A stretch of DNA of 64,000 nucleotides, taken from Eledone cirrhosa. Taxonomy: Eukaryota. Location of the stretch: contig OZ024752.1 of NCBI GenBank assembly GCA_964016885.1, forward strand, positions 39,122,001 through 39,186,000. Reading direction: 5' to 3'. How positions within the stretch are numbered: the first letter of the stretch is position 1; every line of letters starts with the position of its first letter. Positions 40,301-55,236 of this stretch are shown here, in pieces. Made by a program: the position numbers and the translations under genes. The notes below the pieces were generated by a model that saw only the letters and a list, made by a program, of their open reading frames with translations, was not told the DNA's origin and did no database searches.

Positions 40301-43300
40301 CACATCACACCCTACACCAACACCACATCACACCCTACACCAACACCACATCATATCCTACACCAGCATCACATTACACCCTACACCAACACCACATCAC
40401 ACCCTACACCAACACCACATCACACCCTACACCAACATCACATCACATCCTACACCAACATCACATCACACCCTACACCAACACCACATCACACCCTACA
40501 CCAACATCACATCACATCCTACACCAACATCACATCACACCCTACACCAACACCACATCACACCCTACACCAACACCACATCACACCCTACACCAACACC
40601 ACATCACACCCTACACCAACATCACATCACACCCTACACCAACACCACATCACACCCTACACCAACACCACATCACATCCTACACCAACACCACATCACA
40701 TCCTACACCAACACCACATCACACCCTACACCAACACCACATCACATCCTACACCAACACCACATCACACCCTACACCAACACCACATCACATCCTACAC
40801 CAACACCACATCACATCCTACACCAACACCACATCACACCCTACACCAACACCACATCACATCCTACACCAACACCACATCACATCCTACACCAACACCA
40901 CATCACATCCTACACCAACATCACATCACACCCTACACCAACATCACATCACATCCTACACCAACACCACATCACACCCTACACCAACACCACATCACAC
41001 CCTACACCAACACCACATCACATCCCACACCAACACCACATCACATCCTACACCAACATCACATCACATCCTACACCAACATCACATCACATCCTACACC
41101 AACATCACATCACATCCTACACCAACACCACATCACACCCTACACCAACACCACATCATATCCCAACACCACATCACATCCTACACCAACACCACATCAC
41201 ATCCTACACCAACACCACATCACATCCTACAGCAACACCACATCAAACCCTACACCAACACCACATCATATCCCAACACCACATCACATCCTACACCAAC
41301 ACCACATCACACCCTACACCAATATAACATCACACCCAACATCACATCACACCCTACAACAACACCACATCACATCCTACACCAACACCACATCACACCC
41401 TACACCAACACCACATCACACCCTACACCACATCACATCCTACACCAACACCACATCACATCCTACACCAACACCACATCACACCCTACACCAACACCAC
41501 ATCACATCCTACACCAACACCACATCACACCCTACACCAACACCACATCACACCCTACACCAACACCACATCACATCCTACACCAACATCACATCACATC
41601 CTACACCAACATCACATCACACCCTACACCACCACCACATCACACCCTACACCAACACCACATCACATCCTACACCAACACCACATCACATCCTACACCA
41701 ACACCACATCACACCCTACACCAACACCACATCACACCCTACACCAACACCACATCACACCCTACACCAACACCACATCACATCCTACACCAACATCACA
41801 TCACATCCTACACCAACATCACATCACATCCTACACCAACATCACATCACACCCTACACCAACACCACACCACACCCTACACCAACGCCACATCACATCC
41901 TACACCAACACCACATCACATCCTACACCAACACCACATCACATCCTACACCAACACCACATCACATCCTACACCAACACCACATCACATCCTACACCAA
42001 CACCACATCACACCCTACACCAACACCACATCACACCCTACACCAACACCACATCACACCCTACACCAACACCACATCACACCCTACACCAACACCACAT
42101 CACATCCTACACCAACATCACATCACACCCTACACCAACATCACATCACACCCTACACCAACACCACATCACATCCTACACCAACACCACATCACATCCT
42201 ACACCAACATCACATCACACCCTACACCAACATCACATCACATCCTACACCAACACCACATCACATCCTACACCAACACCACATCACACCCTACAACAAC
42301 ACCACATCACACCCTACACCAACATCACATCACACCCTACACCAACACCACATCACACCCTACAACAACACCACATCACACCCTACACCAACACCATATC
42401 ACACCCTACAACAACACCACATCACACCCTACACCAACACCACATCACACCCTACACCAACACCACATCACACCCTACAACAACACCACATCACACCCTA
42501 CACCAACATCACATCACATCCTACACCAACACCACATCACACCCTACACCAACACCACATCACACCCTACAACAACACCACATCACACCCTACACCAACA
42601 CCACATCACACCCTACACCAACACCACATCACACCCTACAACAACACCACATCACACCCTACACCAATTTCACATCACACCCAACATCACATCACACCCT
42701 ACACCAACACCACATCACATCCTACACCAACACCACATCACACCCTACACCAACACCACATCACACCCTACACCAACATCACATCACACCCTACACCAAC
42801 ACCACATCACATCCTACACCAACACCACATCACACCCTACACCAACACCACATCACACCCTACACCAACACCACATCACACCCTACACCAACACCACATC
42901 ACACCCTACACCAACACCACATCACATCCTACACCAACACCACATCACACCCTACACCAACACCACATCACATCCTACACCATGATGTGGTGTTGGTGTA
43001 GGATCCTACACCAACATCACACCACACCCTACACCAACATCACATCCTACACCAAAACCACACCCTACACCAACACCAACATCACATCCTACACCAAAAC
43101 CACACCCTACACCAACACCACATCACATCCTACACCAACATCACATCACACCCTACACCAACATCACATCACACCCTACACCAACATTACATCCTACACC
43201 AACATCACATCACACCCTACACCAACATCACATCACATCCTACACCAACATCACATCACACCCTACACCAACATCACATCACACCCTACACCAACATCAC

Positions 43301-44080
43301 ATCACACCCCACACCAACATCACATCACACCCTACACCAACATCACATCACACCCTACACCAACATCACACCACACCCTACACCAACATCACATCCTACA
43401 CCAAAACCACACCAACACCACATCACATCCTACACCAACATCACACAACACCCTACACCAACATCACATCCTACACCAAAACCACACCCTACACCAACAC
43501 CACATCACATCCTACACCAACATCACACAACACCCTACACCAACATCACATCCTACACCAAAACCACACCCTACACCAACACCAACATCACACCCTACAC
43601 CAACATCACATCACACCCTACACCAACATCACATCACATCCTACACCAACATCACATCACATCCTACACCAACATCACATCACACCCTACACCAACATCA
43701 CATCACATCATACACCAACATCACATCACATCCTACACCAACATCACACCCTACACCAACACCACATCATATCCCAACACCACATCACATCCTACACCAA
43801 CATCACATCACATCCTACACCAACATCACATCACACCCTACACCAACATCACATCACACCCTACACCAACATCACATCACACCCTACACCAACATCACAT
43901 CACACCCTACACCAACATCACATCACACCCTACACCAACACCACATCACACCCTACACCAACATCACACCACACCCTACACCAACATCACATCACACCCT
44001 ACACCAACATCACATCACACCCTACACCAACATCACATCACACCCTACACCAACATCACATCACATCCTACACCAACATC
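37383..44080. repeat. 6.7-kb C/A-rich minisatellite with a 23-bp unit
   Basis: Unit (t/c)cctacaccaacaccacatcaca; explains the 1330-aa His/Thr/Pro ORF (a 23-aa period equals three units). Confidence 0.97.
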
Positions 44081-44644
44081 TTGCTTGCGGTCTACCCCTG
44101 GCTCTCCTGCCAGTTGGTTTTGCCGGGAAAATCTGCCCAGTGATTGTTTCCTCATAATATCAGCGCTGTGATATTTCAATTTGGAGATGTAGTGGCCCAA
44201 CTTGGAGTGACTCTCTGATCTCTGAGCTATGCATTCTATCATGTAATGTTACCCCAAAGACCCTTTGGCGGAACCCCCTTTCAGCCACTTGCATTCGCAA
44301 CCGTATTCTTTTGGTCATTACTCAAGATTCATGACCATAGGTAAGGGTTGGCATGATTACCAAATTGAAGATAATGTGTTCATGAGTGATGGAAGGCAGG
44401 AGGCTGAATTAAGCGCAAGAATTGCAAAAACTGGTGCGGTAATGCACCAGCTTTAGCATCCAGTAATCAGAAGAAGAGCAGTAGGTGTAAAAGCCAAACT
44501 CGCTAGACACCGAGAAAGATGGTTGGATAACATCCATGAGCTTGGCTAGTCTCACTTGGGGATTAAGTCAGATCAGATGGAGACATTTGCCTCTGACAGG
44601 ACCCGCTGGAAGGAGTGTTTGAGGACTCTGCCGCCACGACCCTC

Positions 44645-44679
<35 letters not shown>

Positions 44680-44680
44680 G
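44080..44680. mobile_element. RTE fragments in opposite orientations
   Basis: Minus strand 44080-44340 reads AKPTGRRARGRP; plus strand 44370-44680 reads FMSDGRQEAELSARIAK...RPRERWLDNIHEL with a (GAA)n tail. Confidence 0.8.
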
Positions 44681-44771
44681 TTTGGCTTTTACCCCTACCT
44701 TCCTTCTTCTGATTATGGATTCTTAGATTAAAATAAGACAAATTTGCTTCAATAGAATTTGAACTTAGTAC

Positions 44772-44812
<41 letters not shown>

Positions 44813-44814
44813 TA

Positions 44815-45327
44815 GACGGTAGCCACGGAATAGGCAGACCTAGAAAAACATGGGATGAGCTGATAAACTCCGACCTCACACACTTACACCTCTCCAAGAC
44901 AATGTCACTGGACCGTGACCTTTGGCGGTACTCAGTAACAGAGAAGACCCGCCTTGCCAGTAGGCATCTCTAACAAAATACACCCCGTCCCGCCACCACC
45001 CCCACCCCATCCACACCACCCCGTTCTATGTAAAGTTATGTTGGTGCCGCGCCATCCAGGCCGAAACAAATGAGATCGTGTAGGTGTCACGACAAAAAAA
45101 CACACGCTGTAATGTGGCCGTGTAGGCAACACGGTAAAAACCTCCCAGACCCACACTGTAAATGTGGTTGGTGTTAGGAAGGGCATCCAACTGTAGAAAA
45201 CCTGCCAGACAGTCCTATGCGAGCAAGACAATCACTCTTGCCTCAAGTGGGACTACCCCCGTCCAAACCCATGCAAGCGTGGAACACGGACGTTAAACGT
45301 TGATGATGATGATGATGATGATGATGA
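44815..45327 (+). mobile_element. RTE 3' end with long 3'UTR and (GAT)n tail
   Basis: GRPRKTWDELINSDL...DRDLWR, followed by a UTR shared with 48175-48490 (+) and 37030-37220 (-). Confidence 0.8.
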
Positions 45328-45788
45328 TATATATATATATTATATATATAGAGAGAGAGACTATTAAAAGCCAAGTTACTTCATTTATTTTGCTCAGTTT
45401 ACAGTTTCAAGTGATTAATATTGAAGTTGTATTAAATCCCACCCAGTGGGCTCGCCTTTTTCTCTCGAACAGATAATTTCTTTGAAGACCCCTAAGTAAT
45501 TTCTTTTCATTGTTGCGAGCGTTTTGCAGTCACTTTCGAAATTTACAACAAGAACGTACAAAAGACCAGACGAAGGTGGGGAAAGTAAATTTACAGTCAG
45601 TCAAGGGAGAACACTCTCGGTGATAAACCTCAGGTTAACGACGTTGTTTGTGTTAGGTAACGGGAAATAGGAGAGTAATTGTATAAAACGGGTAATGATG
45701 TGAGAGGGAGGGAGAGTGGAAGCGAGAGGCAAGGAAAGAGAGAGGAAGGGAGAGGAAGAGAGGAGGAAATGGAAGAGAGAAGGAGGGA

Positions 45789-45826
<38 letters not shown>

Positions 45827-46149
45827 GCATTGATTAACGAGAAAGAGAAAGGAAGTAAGAAAATGAAGTCGAAAAAGAAAGAGAGAAAGAGTGAGAGAGA
45901 AAGGAAGATAAGTCAGAAGAAAACAACAAACAAATCAAAAGGAAATATTCAAGGGAGGCAACTCCGTGTCACAAAGTTATATTTTTTTCATGGTTTCGTT
46001 AGAAAAGAGAATTCGGTGCTGACAGAGAAAAAGAAAACGGTGATTTCTAGATTCCAGTTGTAAGAAACAACTTATCAAGATACCGAGTTACAGAAGCCAT
46101 AAATGTGGATTAGCGATGTTGTAAACTAGAAAACAACAACAACAACAAC

Positions 46150-46740
46150 TAATTTATGTAGCGTGTATATCTCCCCAGTATAACCAAACGATGGAATATT
46201 TGATCCGATATTGGTGTTACATCTGAAATCAAGAAGATTGACCAGACAAGATTTTTCAAAGTTTTTTATACCTTCATGGCAGACAGTTCTCCATTTTCCA
46301 CAGTCAGCAGCTAGGGTTTCAAAAGAAGTAAGAGGTATGTTTACATATTTAAGATTGTACCTCTCTCTGTCCTTATATCTGAGTAATGGTCTGTCTACAT
46401 TAAGTGCACCACTATGAAGTTAACTGTATTACAGTATCTTGGGTGTGTGGTCCTCAGTCATCCATAAGACAAGACCAGCCCATCTGAGATGGGATTGTAT
46501 CAGAAATAACTCAATCCCACTGATGTTGCAGTTTGTGAAGAGGTTGGCATGGGAGATTCTGTCAGAAAGTGCATAACCACAGATAGATCGAAAACAATAT
46601 TTGTGGAAGACATCAAGCTCATAAATGTGGATGCAATAAAGTGTCTATGTCTCCGAGCCGTATAAGTGTTGTCAGTACCACTGGATGATAACCTACCACT
46701 TTCGGTTTAACGAATATACCTCTGACACTCCATAGACAAC
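46150..46740 (-). mobile_element. RTE (BovB-like) RT C-terminal fragment
   Basis: Minus strand QSHLRWAGLV...HTPKIL...RPLLRYKD...FETLAADCGKWR. Confidence 0.75.
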
Positions 46741-47051
46741 GATGTAGTTTTTTTTACAGGCCAAAATTTCAGTCACTCAATGAAACCGTTTTGTTTATTT
46801 AGAATAAATGAACCCTAAAAAATGTGTGGGTGTTTGTATGTATATGTGTGTATGGGTACTTCAGTGTGAATGTGAACCTTGTCTTTTATTTGTGTCATTG
46901 TATGAATGTGTATATTTCTAAAAATAGTTTTTCAAGGAATCCCTGTTCTTTAAACTCCCTTGGCCAACGACCTTTACCCATCCTCATAATCACTAATTTC
47001 CCCAACCACAAGGAAACATATAAATACCACCATATCACAATGAGAGTTGTC

Positions 47052-47098
47052 TTTCCTGATGATTTCTTTCAAATGAAACAGTTCTAGTCCTGTAGAAG
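47052..47098 (+). ncRNA. Hammerhead-like motif with a damaged stem II
   Basis: UUUC-CUGAUGA-uuucuuucaaau-GAAACAG uucuaguc CUGUA-GAAG; stems I and III pair, GUA triplet. Confidence 0.45.
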
Positions 47099-47729
47099 CC
47101 ATTTCTATATTAAATTTTATATCTATATACCTGTATATAAACTGGAAGTTTTGTTTCTTCTTACAAATAACTGTTCACACAATTTAAATTTGAATGTTTT
47201 TGTAACCTATTTTTAAAAAGATTCTTTTGAAATGAAAAATAAAATAAACAAAACAAATTTTTAAAAGTATAATTCAAATTTATTAACATATTTAAAATTG
47301 TAACAATAATAACTTCTTTATTTTTAATAATAATGATTTTTTTAAACAATAATAAAACTTTGAAGCAAAATTAAAACATAACAAAATCAGGTACAATGTC
47401 TGTGAGGCTTGTGTATTGGAGTAGAATTTCAAAAATTCAAATTTTACTACAACCATTATCCAATTTGTTTCAGTTTGGCAAACTGATTAAAGCAGGCTGT
47501 ACTTCTGCTTCACATTTGAGGGGTTAGCAGTAAAAACAGACACTGTGACAAAAATATCATCCAACTCAAGTAAACACTTGAAAATATGTTTTCATGAAAA
47601 AGCCATTATATTTCAGCTTTTGTAGTGAGTTTTTAATGTAGATTATTTCACTAAAATTCATAATATTTGATTTTCACTGTTAGTGTGAAGAGTAAATATT
47701 TAGTCAATGTAAAATAGCGGATAAATACT

Positions 47730-48030
47730 GTTTATTATAGTTCTTCCAGCCATAACAGAGGAGTTTAAGACAGGTTGCTCATGGGAACTCCAGTATGCAG
47801 ACAACCTGGTTCTTACAGGCAAATTAGTAAGTTGTCTTACAGTCAAGCATAGATAATTGAGAGAGAGGCTGAATATAAGAGGAATCAGATGTAGTTTGCA
47901 GAAGAGAATACTGTTTTGGTATGGATATTTGATGTGTATGAATGATGTATGAAGTACCAAAAAATCAAAAGTGAAGAGATGCTGGAAAAGATCTGTATAA
48001 TCCAAGCAAGAATGGAAAAGCAGTTGTAAA
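47730..48030 (+). mobile_element. RTE RT core fragment, decayed
   Basis: AITEEFKTGCSWELQYADNLVL (decayed YADD). Confidence 0.75.
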
Positions 48031-49231
48031 ATAATTGTTTCTACTTTTGGCACAAGACCACCAATTACTCCAGTGCATTATATATAATATCGTCTTTTTT
48101 TAATGTATCATGGATTACGTTACTGATTACATAAGACTGTAACAACGTCTTCGTTCAATTTCAGTTTATACTACTCCCACCCCATCCACACCACCCCTTT
48201 CGATGTAAAGCTATGTTGGTACCACAACATCCAGTCCGAAATAAATGAGGTCGTGTAGGTGTCACGAAAATAAAAACACACAGTCCACGCTGTAATGTGG
48301 TCGTGTAGGTAACACGATAAAAACCTCCCAGTTCCACACTGTAAACGTGGTTGGTGTTAGGAAGAGCATCCAGCTGTAGAAAACCCGCCGGACAATCCTA
48401 TACGAGCAAGACAACCAATCTTGCCTCAAGTGGGAAAATTCCCGTCCAAACCCATGCAAGCGTGGAAGATGGACATTAAACGATGATCATTGTCAATTAT
48501 GATTTTATTTGATGTATCATATCTACATGTATATATACTTGCCTATAATATCAATATACACACTACACATGCTAGCAGGAAACCACCCGAAGGGTGGTTT
48601 TTCTGCTAGTGATTTAAAAAGAAAAATCTGAATGCGCACACTTATCAATGATATACAAAAGAAAAGACAGTAACGATGAATGAGGTCTTGCCTTGAAAAT
48701 GTTAATTTTTCTTTGATTCTGGTTCAATTCTTCAATACATTGAAGAGTGCATTATTTCAAATATAGAGTTACGGTCCTTGCCATTCTGAGTTCAAATCCC
48801 ACCAAGGTTAACTTTACCTTTCATCCCTACGGGGTTGATAAAATAAAGTACCAGTAATACACTGGGTAATTGCTGGCCTTGTGCCAAAAGTAGAAACAAT
48901 TATTTCAAATATAGGAGAAATCCACTAGTTATTAATACTTTGTAAACTACAGGCATCTTTGATAGTTAAATGTCTGGATAAAATGTAGAGTTTACATATG
49001 ATGAACATAAAAATAATTTAGATTAACATTCTGTTAAGCTAGCATAAATAGTTTCTTGTGGTTCTGGTGTTGGTTTAGTTTTCTTTGTCTTGTTTTCAAA
49101 ATTTTCAAAATCAAGTGCTGCATAAGCACATTCCTGGGGGCCTTCAGGCTAGAATGCAATTGAAAACAAACAATGAGAAACTATTCAAATGGAATACTAT
49201 ATTTTGATATAGATTTACATGTACAGTTATA

Positions 49232-49683
49232 CGAGGGTCAGCTGAAAAGTTCATAGATTGACTATAAAGGAGTGATGCTAGAGCAGTGAAATCTTGCATC
49301 CATTAAATTTCAACTCTTCCTCTTAATAACTGCATTGTTTCTTTCCAGAGACTATGTTGAAAAATAAACCTCATTTGGTCATTCCATGAGAGTATCTTGG
49401 TCAGCCTATGAACTTTTCAGCCGACCCTCATATAATAACTGCATTGTTTCTTTCTAGGGACCATGTTGAAAAATAAACCTCATTTGGTCAATTCATGAGA
49501 GTATCTTGGTCAGCCTATGAAGGAGTGATGCTAGAGCTGTGAAATCTTGCATCCATTAAATTTCAACTCTTCCTCTTAATAACTGCATTGTTTCTTTCCA
49601 GAGACTATGTTGAAAAATAAACCTCATTTGGTCATTCCATGAGAGTATCTTGGTCAGCCTATGAATGTTTCAGCTGACCCTCC
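49232..49683. mobile_element. mariner-type MITE (49232-49430) with tandem partial duplications
   Basis: TA|CGAGGGTCAGCTGAAAAGTTCATAG ... CTATGAACTTTTCAGCCGACCCTCA|TA; further fragment at about 53105-53200. Confidence 0.8.
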
Positions 49684-49792
49684 TACTTTTAAAACATGTA
49701 AGAGTGATTTATACAAAATACAATCTTTAAAGAAATGCTATGTAACAAACAAACAAAAAAATCAAGGAATCACAATGGTTATGTTTCATTAA

Positions 49793-50369
49793 CCCTTTAA
49801 CATTCGCATTACTCTATATTTACTATTATATTTTCATGGTAAAGGCTTTACCTCACATAATATCTCACATAACATTCACATTACTCTATATATACTATTA
49901 TATTTTCATGGTAAAGGCTTTACCTCACATAATTATCTCACATAACATTTACATTACTCTATATATACTATTGTATTTTCATGGTAAAGGCTTTACCTCG
50001 CATAATTATCTCACATAACATTTACATTACTCTATATATACTATTATATTTTCATGGTAAAGGCTTTACCTCACATAATTATCTCACATAACATTTACAT
50101 TACTCTATATATACTATTGTATTTTCATGGTAAAGGCTTTACCTCACATAATTATCTCACATAACATTTACATTACTCTATATATACTATTGTATTTTCA
50201 TGGTAAAGGCTTTACCTCGCATAATTATCTCACATAATATCGAATCTATGAGATTTTGAAAGTATTTATTTTGAGAATAATACCTTAACTGAGTGACCAG
50301 TTACAGCCAGTTTCAACAGAAAGAGGTAGAGAATTCTGGCCGGTTTTGACTGGTTTGAACATTAAAGGG
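49793..50369 (+). mobile_element. piggyBac-like MITE with about six internal 73-bp repeats
   Basis: TTAA|CCCTTTAA...TTAAAGGG|TTAA. Confidence 0.9.
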
Positions 50370-50522
50370 TTAAAGCATTAAATATGAGTGACAGTAACTA
50401 CATGACAGAACAATTCAAAGACTGTATTTTCACTTTTATCACATTATCTGTTATCTGTCTTCTAAAAATCAAAACTACAAGAAGAGAGTGAAAACATATT
50501 GCAAATAAGATAATATTTTAAC

Positions 50523-51270
50523 TCTTTAGCATTTAAACTGGCCATATCTGGCCAAAATTCTTTCACCTCATTCTGTTCAAACTGGCTGTAGCAGGCCGCT
50601 CATACTGATATTAAGGTATTGTCCTCAAAATAAACAACTGTTTTTACTTTTGGCACAAGGCTAGCAATTACCCAGTACATTACTGGTACTTTATTTTATC
50701 GACCCTGTAAGGATGAAAGGCAAAGTTAACCGGCGGGATTTGAACTTAAACCGTAAAAGGACGTAACTATGCTGGAAAGCATGGTGCTTGACCCTCTACT
50801 GATACTGCCAATCCACCGCCCTCAAAATAAATAATATCAAAATCTCATAGATTTGATATTATGAGATAATTATGTGAGGTAAAGCCTTTACCATGAAAAT
50901 ATAAACAGGAGTGAGACCTCTGGTGTTACGCAGTAATACAGACGACCCCTGCTTCCCACGGGTACAAGCCAAAGCTGAAGCATATAGACAATATGCCCCC
51001 CCACGCCCCTCCTACTGCAAAGTGGTCGTGTAGGTATCATGACAAAAAGCTCTCAGTACTCACTGTAAATGAGGTTGGGGTTAGGAAGGGCATCCAGCTG
51101 TAGAAACCAAGCCAGAATCAGTCATGCATGAGCAAGGCATGATCACCTGACCTGGCATTGCCCACAACAAGACAACCTGTCTAACCCATGCTAGTGTGGA
51201 AACATTGATGTAAAATGATGATGATGATGATGATGCTGCTGAAATATAGAGTAATGTAAATGCTAAGGGG
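50523..51270 (-). mobile_element. piggyBac-like MITE carrying two nested retroposon insertions
   Basis: TTAA-ctctttagcattta ... taaatgctaagggg-TTAA; nested SINE with TSD cctcaaaataaa and an RTE-tail element at about 50905-51240. Confidence 0.8.
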
Positions 51271-51299
51271 TTAATAAAACTATTGTAAATATAATAATA

Positions 51300-52600
51300 A
51301 TGATAATGATGAACATTATTGTGTACAGTGCTCAGGTGCACTGCAGCTCATCAAAGGTGCATGTAATGTACAAATGTCAGGAAAGTGACAAATGAGTCAT
51401 GATATACACACAGATACATGTGTGTGTATGGAGGCGAAATATCAGGTGTAGTGTTGGCGAATTTCAGGCAGCATGGAGGTTTTAAAGGATGCAGTGTCTT
51501 GGCAGTTAATAACCGATGCAGGTAGTTTGTTCCATGGAGGTTTTAAAGGATGCAGTGTCTCGGCAGCTAACAACCGATGCAGGTAGTTTGTTCCATGGAG
51601 GTTTTAAAGGATGCAGTGTCTCGGCAGCTAACAACCGATGCAGGTAGTTTGTTCCATGGAGGTTTTAAAGGATGCAGTGTCTCGACAGCTAACAACCGAT
51701 GCAGGTAGTTTGTTCCATGGAGGTTTTAAAGGATGCAGTATCTCGACAGCTAACAACCGATGCAGGTAGTTTGTTCCATGGAGGTTTTAAAGGATGCAGT
51801 GTCTCGGCAGCTAACAACCGATGCAGGTAGTTTGTTCCATGGAGGTTTTAAAGGATGCAGTGTCTCGGCAGCTAACAACCGATGCAGGTAGTTTGTTCCA
51901 TGGAGGTTTTAAAGGATGCAGTGTCTCGACAGCTAACAACCGATGCAGGTAGTTTGTTCCATGGAGGTTTTAAAGGATGCAGTATCTCGACAGCTAACAA
52001 CCGATGCAGGTAGTTTGTTCCATGGAGGTTTTAAAGGATGCAGTGTCTCGGCAGCTAACAACCGATGCAGGTAGTTTGTTCCATGGAGGTTTTAAAGGAT
52101 GCAGTGTCTCGACAGCTAACAACTGATGCAGGTAGTTTGTTCCATGGAGGTTTTAAAGGATGCAGTATCTCGACAGCTAACAACCGATGCAGGTAGTTTG
52201 TTCCATGGAGGTTTTAAAGGATGCAGTGTCTCGGCAGCTAACAACCGATGCAGGTAGTTTGTTCCATGGAGGTTTTAAAGGATGCAGTGTCTCGACAGCT
52301 AACAACCGATGCAGGTAGTTTGTTCCATGGAGGTTTTAAAGGATGCAGTATCTCGACGGCTAACAACCGATGCAGGTAGTTTGTTCCATGGAGGTTTTAA
52401 AGGATGCAGTGTCTCGGCAGCTAACAACCGATGCAGGTAGTTTGTTCCATGGAGGTTTTAAAGGATGCAGTGTCTCGACAGCTAACAACCGATGCAGGTA
52501 GTTTGTTCCATGCTTCAGTAACTGAGCGTGAAAAAATGTTTCCGAAAGTCATGGGAGCAGTGCTGTTTCCTGACTTTGAAAGCATGCCCACAGGTGTTAG
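51300..52600 (-). mobile_element. CR1-like LINE 3' end containing a 61-bp minisatellite of about 17 copies (51474-52511)
   Basis: Minus strand FSRSVTEAWNKLPASVVSCRDTASFK is a CR1/L2 ORF2 terminal motif; that segment is tandemly amplified. Confidence 0.85.
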
Positions 52601-53705
52601 ACACATGGAATTCAAAAAGGAGCCAAAATACATCTTAAGATAATATCTTAATAAAACTATTGCAAAAAACATTGGGCAGTTGTATGAACACGGTAAACAA
52701 TGAAGGTCCTTCTCCTTCTCCTGTGTTGTCCTTCTCCGACACAACTCTTTCCCCTCGGAAAACCCCTCCTGTTGATGGATGTGAAATCCAAAATATAGGG
52801 ACTATTAAATCGCTTCCAGGGTAACTCTATTTCTTGTTATCTTTTTACGTTCCCTATGTCTCTTTCTAAGCTTCCTCCTACTTCTCTCTCAGCTCAATAC
52901 CATCTGATTTTGTTACCTGAAGATTTACCCATCTGCATTGTTGAGGCTTATTGAAAGAAATATAAATATATGAATTTACCGTGTTTTCTTGCTTCGTGCT
53001 TTCAGAAATGTGATCAGGGCTGCAATCTTTAATACCTAAACATGTAAAATATAACAGTTGAATATAACAGAAAATAAAATATTTATTCAAGTATAATATG
53101 CAAGTTTTTTCTTTCCAGGGATTATGTGGAAAATTAAACCTCATTTGGTCATTCCATGAGAGTATCTTAGTCAGCCTATGAACTTTTCAGCCGACCCTCA
53201 TGTGTGGAAGAGAACTGTTGTATATACATAATTAGTGTTTTTCGTATTGGTGTTGGCTGTTATCTTTAATCATGTCCTATACTTTAAGTAATTAGTACTG
53301 ATTTATGGCTAGAGCAGTGTTTTAATGTACTTTAGTCTCTAGATTATAATATATTTGGGGTGGTAGAGTATAGTCATATTATAAAGAGTAGGGTCTCAGT
53401 CTGGAATTAGTTGTTGAAATATGCTGTTTTCTGACCTGGAGATGATTGGGCTCTGCCAGTTTTTAAAATACCCTAGAAATGCCATACGTCAATACAACTC
53501 CCTGTGGAGTTATGGGACCATGCCATGCATATATAGTTTAGATATAGTAATGCTTACCATTAGGTTCCCTTGGACCAATGGGTGGTTTGTTAACCTTAGC
53601 ATAAAGATCTGGACCGGTGTCCAAAACGTTAAGACTCTCTTCCTGCTATTTCAAGCATTAAACTAATATATTTTAGTCTCTACTCCTGTATTTAATATGG
53701 GTTAA

Positions 53706-53917
53706 CCCTTTAGCATTTACATTATACATACTACTGTTTTTTCGTGATAAAGGCTTTACCTCACATAATTATCTCACATAATATCGAATCTGAGATTTTG
53801 ATATTATCGAGTTTGAGAACGAACCTTAATATCAGTATGAGTGACCAGTTAAGGCTGTTTGAACAGAAAGAGGTGAGAGAATTCTGGCCGGATACAGCCG
53901 GTTTAAATGCTAAAGGG
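53706..53917 (+). mobile_element. piggyBac-like MITE, single-unit form
   Basis: Perfect 14-bp TIR CCCTTTAGCATTTA / TAAATGCTAAAGGG with TTAA on the left. Confidence 0.88.
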
Positions 53918-55127
53918 TGTAGCGAGACATGATAGTACTATTTTATCTCTGTGGCATAATTTAGTGGTGCTTGGTCAGTCATCAGCCCAGTAGGGTTGGT
54001 GACGTATGAATACAAATAAGCACTTCCACCCTGCAGGCACTTATGTTACTCAAAGGAAATAAGAGTGAAAATAAACCTTATCATTTCATTTTTCATCATT
54101 TCATTTTACGTCCGCTTTTTCCCTGCTTGCAAGGGTGGGACGGGAACTGATTTTGGCTTGATTTCCACAGCTGGATGCCCTTCCTAACACCAACCTCATT
54201 TACAGTGAGTGCTGGGTGCTTTTTTGCCGTGGCACCTCCACGACCACTTCGCAGTGGAATGATAGGGACCCCAGTCCCTATCATCTCATTTCTACAGATG
54301 AGTAAACTGGAGCAATGTGAAATAAAGTGTGTTGCTCAAGGAAACAACACATCACCCGGTCTGAGAATTGAACTCACAACCTTTCGATTGCAAGGCCAAT
54401 GCTCTAACCACTAAGCCATGTGCCTCCACATGTTTACGTTAATCAATAAAGAAGGAATGAGATCAGAAAGTATTCTAATGATGCTTTAATCAGTAAAGTT
54501 ATATTAATAGTTTGAATATAATTCTGCTTACCTTGAGGTTTATTTGGAACTTTTGGTAGATACTTTACATTAGTATAAATATCCTCTTCAACTTTAAGAT
54601 ATTAAATAATAAAAAAAATAAATGGTTATTGAATAGATAAAATTTCATCTATGTTAATGTTGTGTAGGAATTAACAGAGTAAATATTTATGGAATAGACC
54701 TAGACAGACAGTTTTATAAAAAGGTGCAGAGCACTAAAAGTCGATGGAAGCCTTGGAGTGGGGAGACCCAAGAAGACCTGGAATGAGGTGTAAAAACTGA
54801 CCTTGTCCAATTGCACATCTCAAAGGCGATGACACAGGACCGAAACCTCTGGTGTTACGCAGTAATACAGGAGACCTGAGTTCGCATAGGTACAAGCTAA
54901 AGCCGAAGCATATAGACAATAGGCCCCCCCACCCTCCCCCCACTGTAAAGTGGTCGCGTAGGTTTCGTGACAAAAAGGCACCCAGTCCACACTGTAAAGT
55001 GGTCGTGTAGGCGCCACGGTAAAAAAGCAATAATAAACATTGATAAGCAATGATGAGTGATGATAAACATTGATTGCCAAATAAATTAACTATGGAGATA
55101 GAAAAGATACAGAAGCGAAAACCATAT

Positions 55128-55158
<31 letters not shown>

Positions 55159-55205
55159 AATATATATATAAATATATATATATATATTTATATATATAAA
55201 TATAT

Positions 55206-55236
<31 letters not shown>

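Noticed and set aside
37335-41327. 1330-aa His/Thr/Pro-rich ORF (and 42982-44157)
   Set aside because: Translation of a 23-bp minisatellite that nearly lacks stop codons; the unit is not a multiple of 3 and several frames are open.
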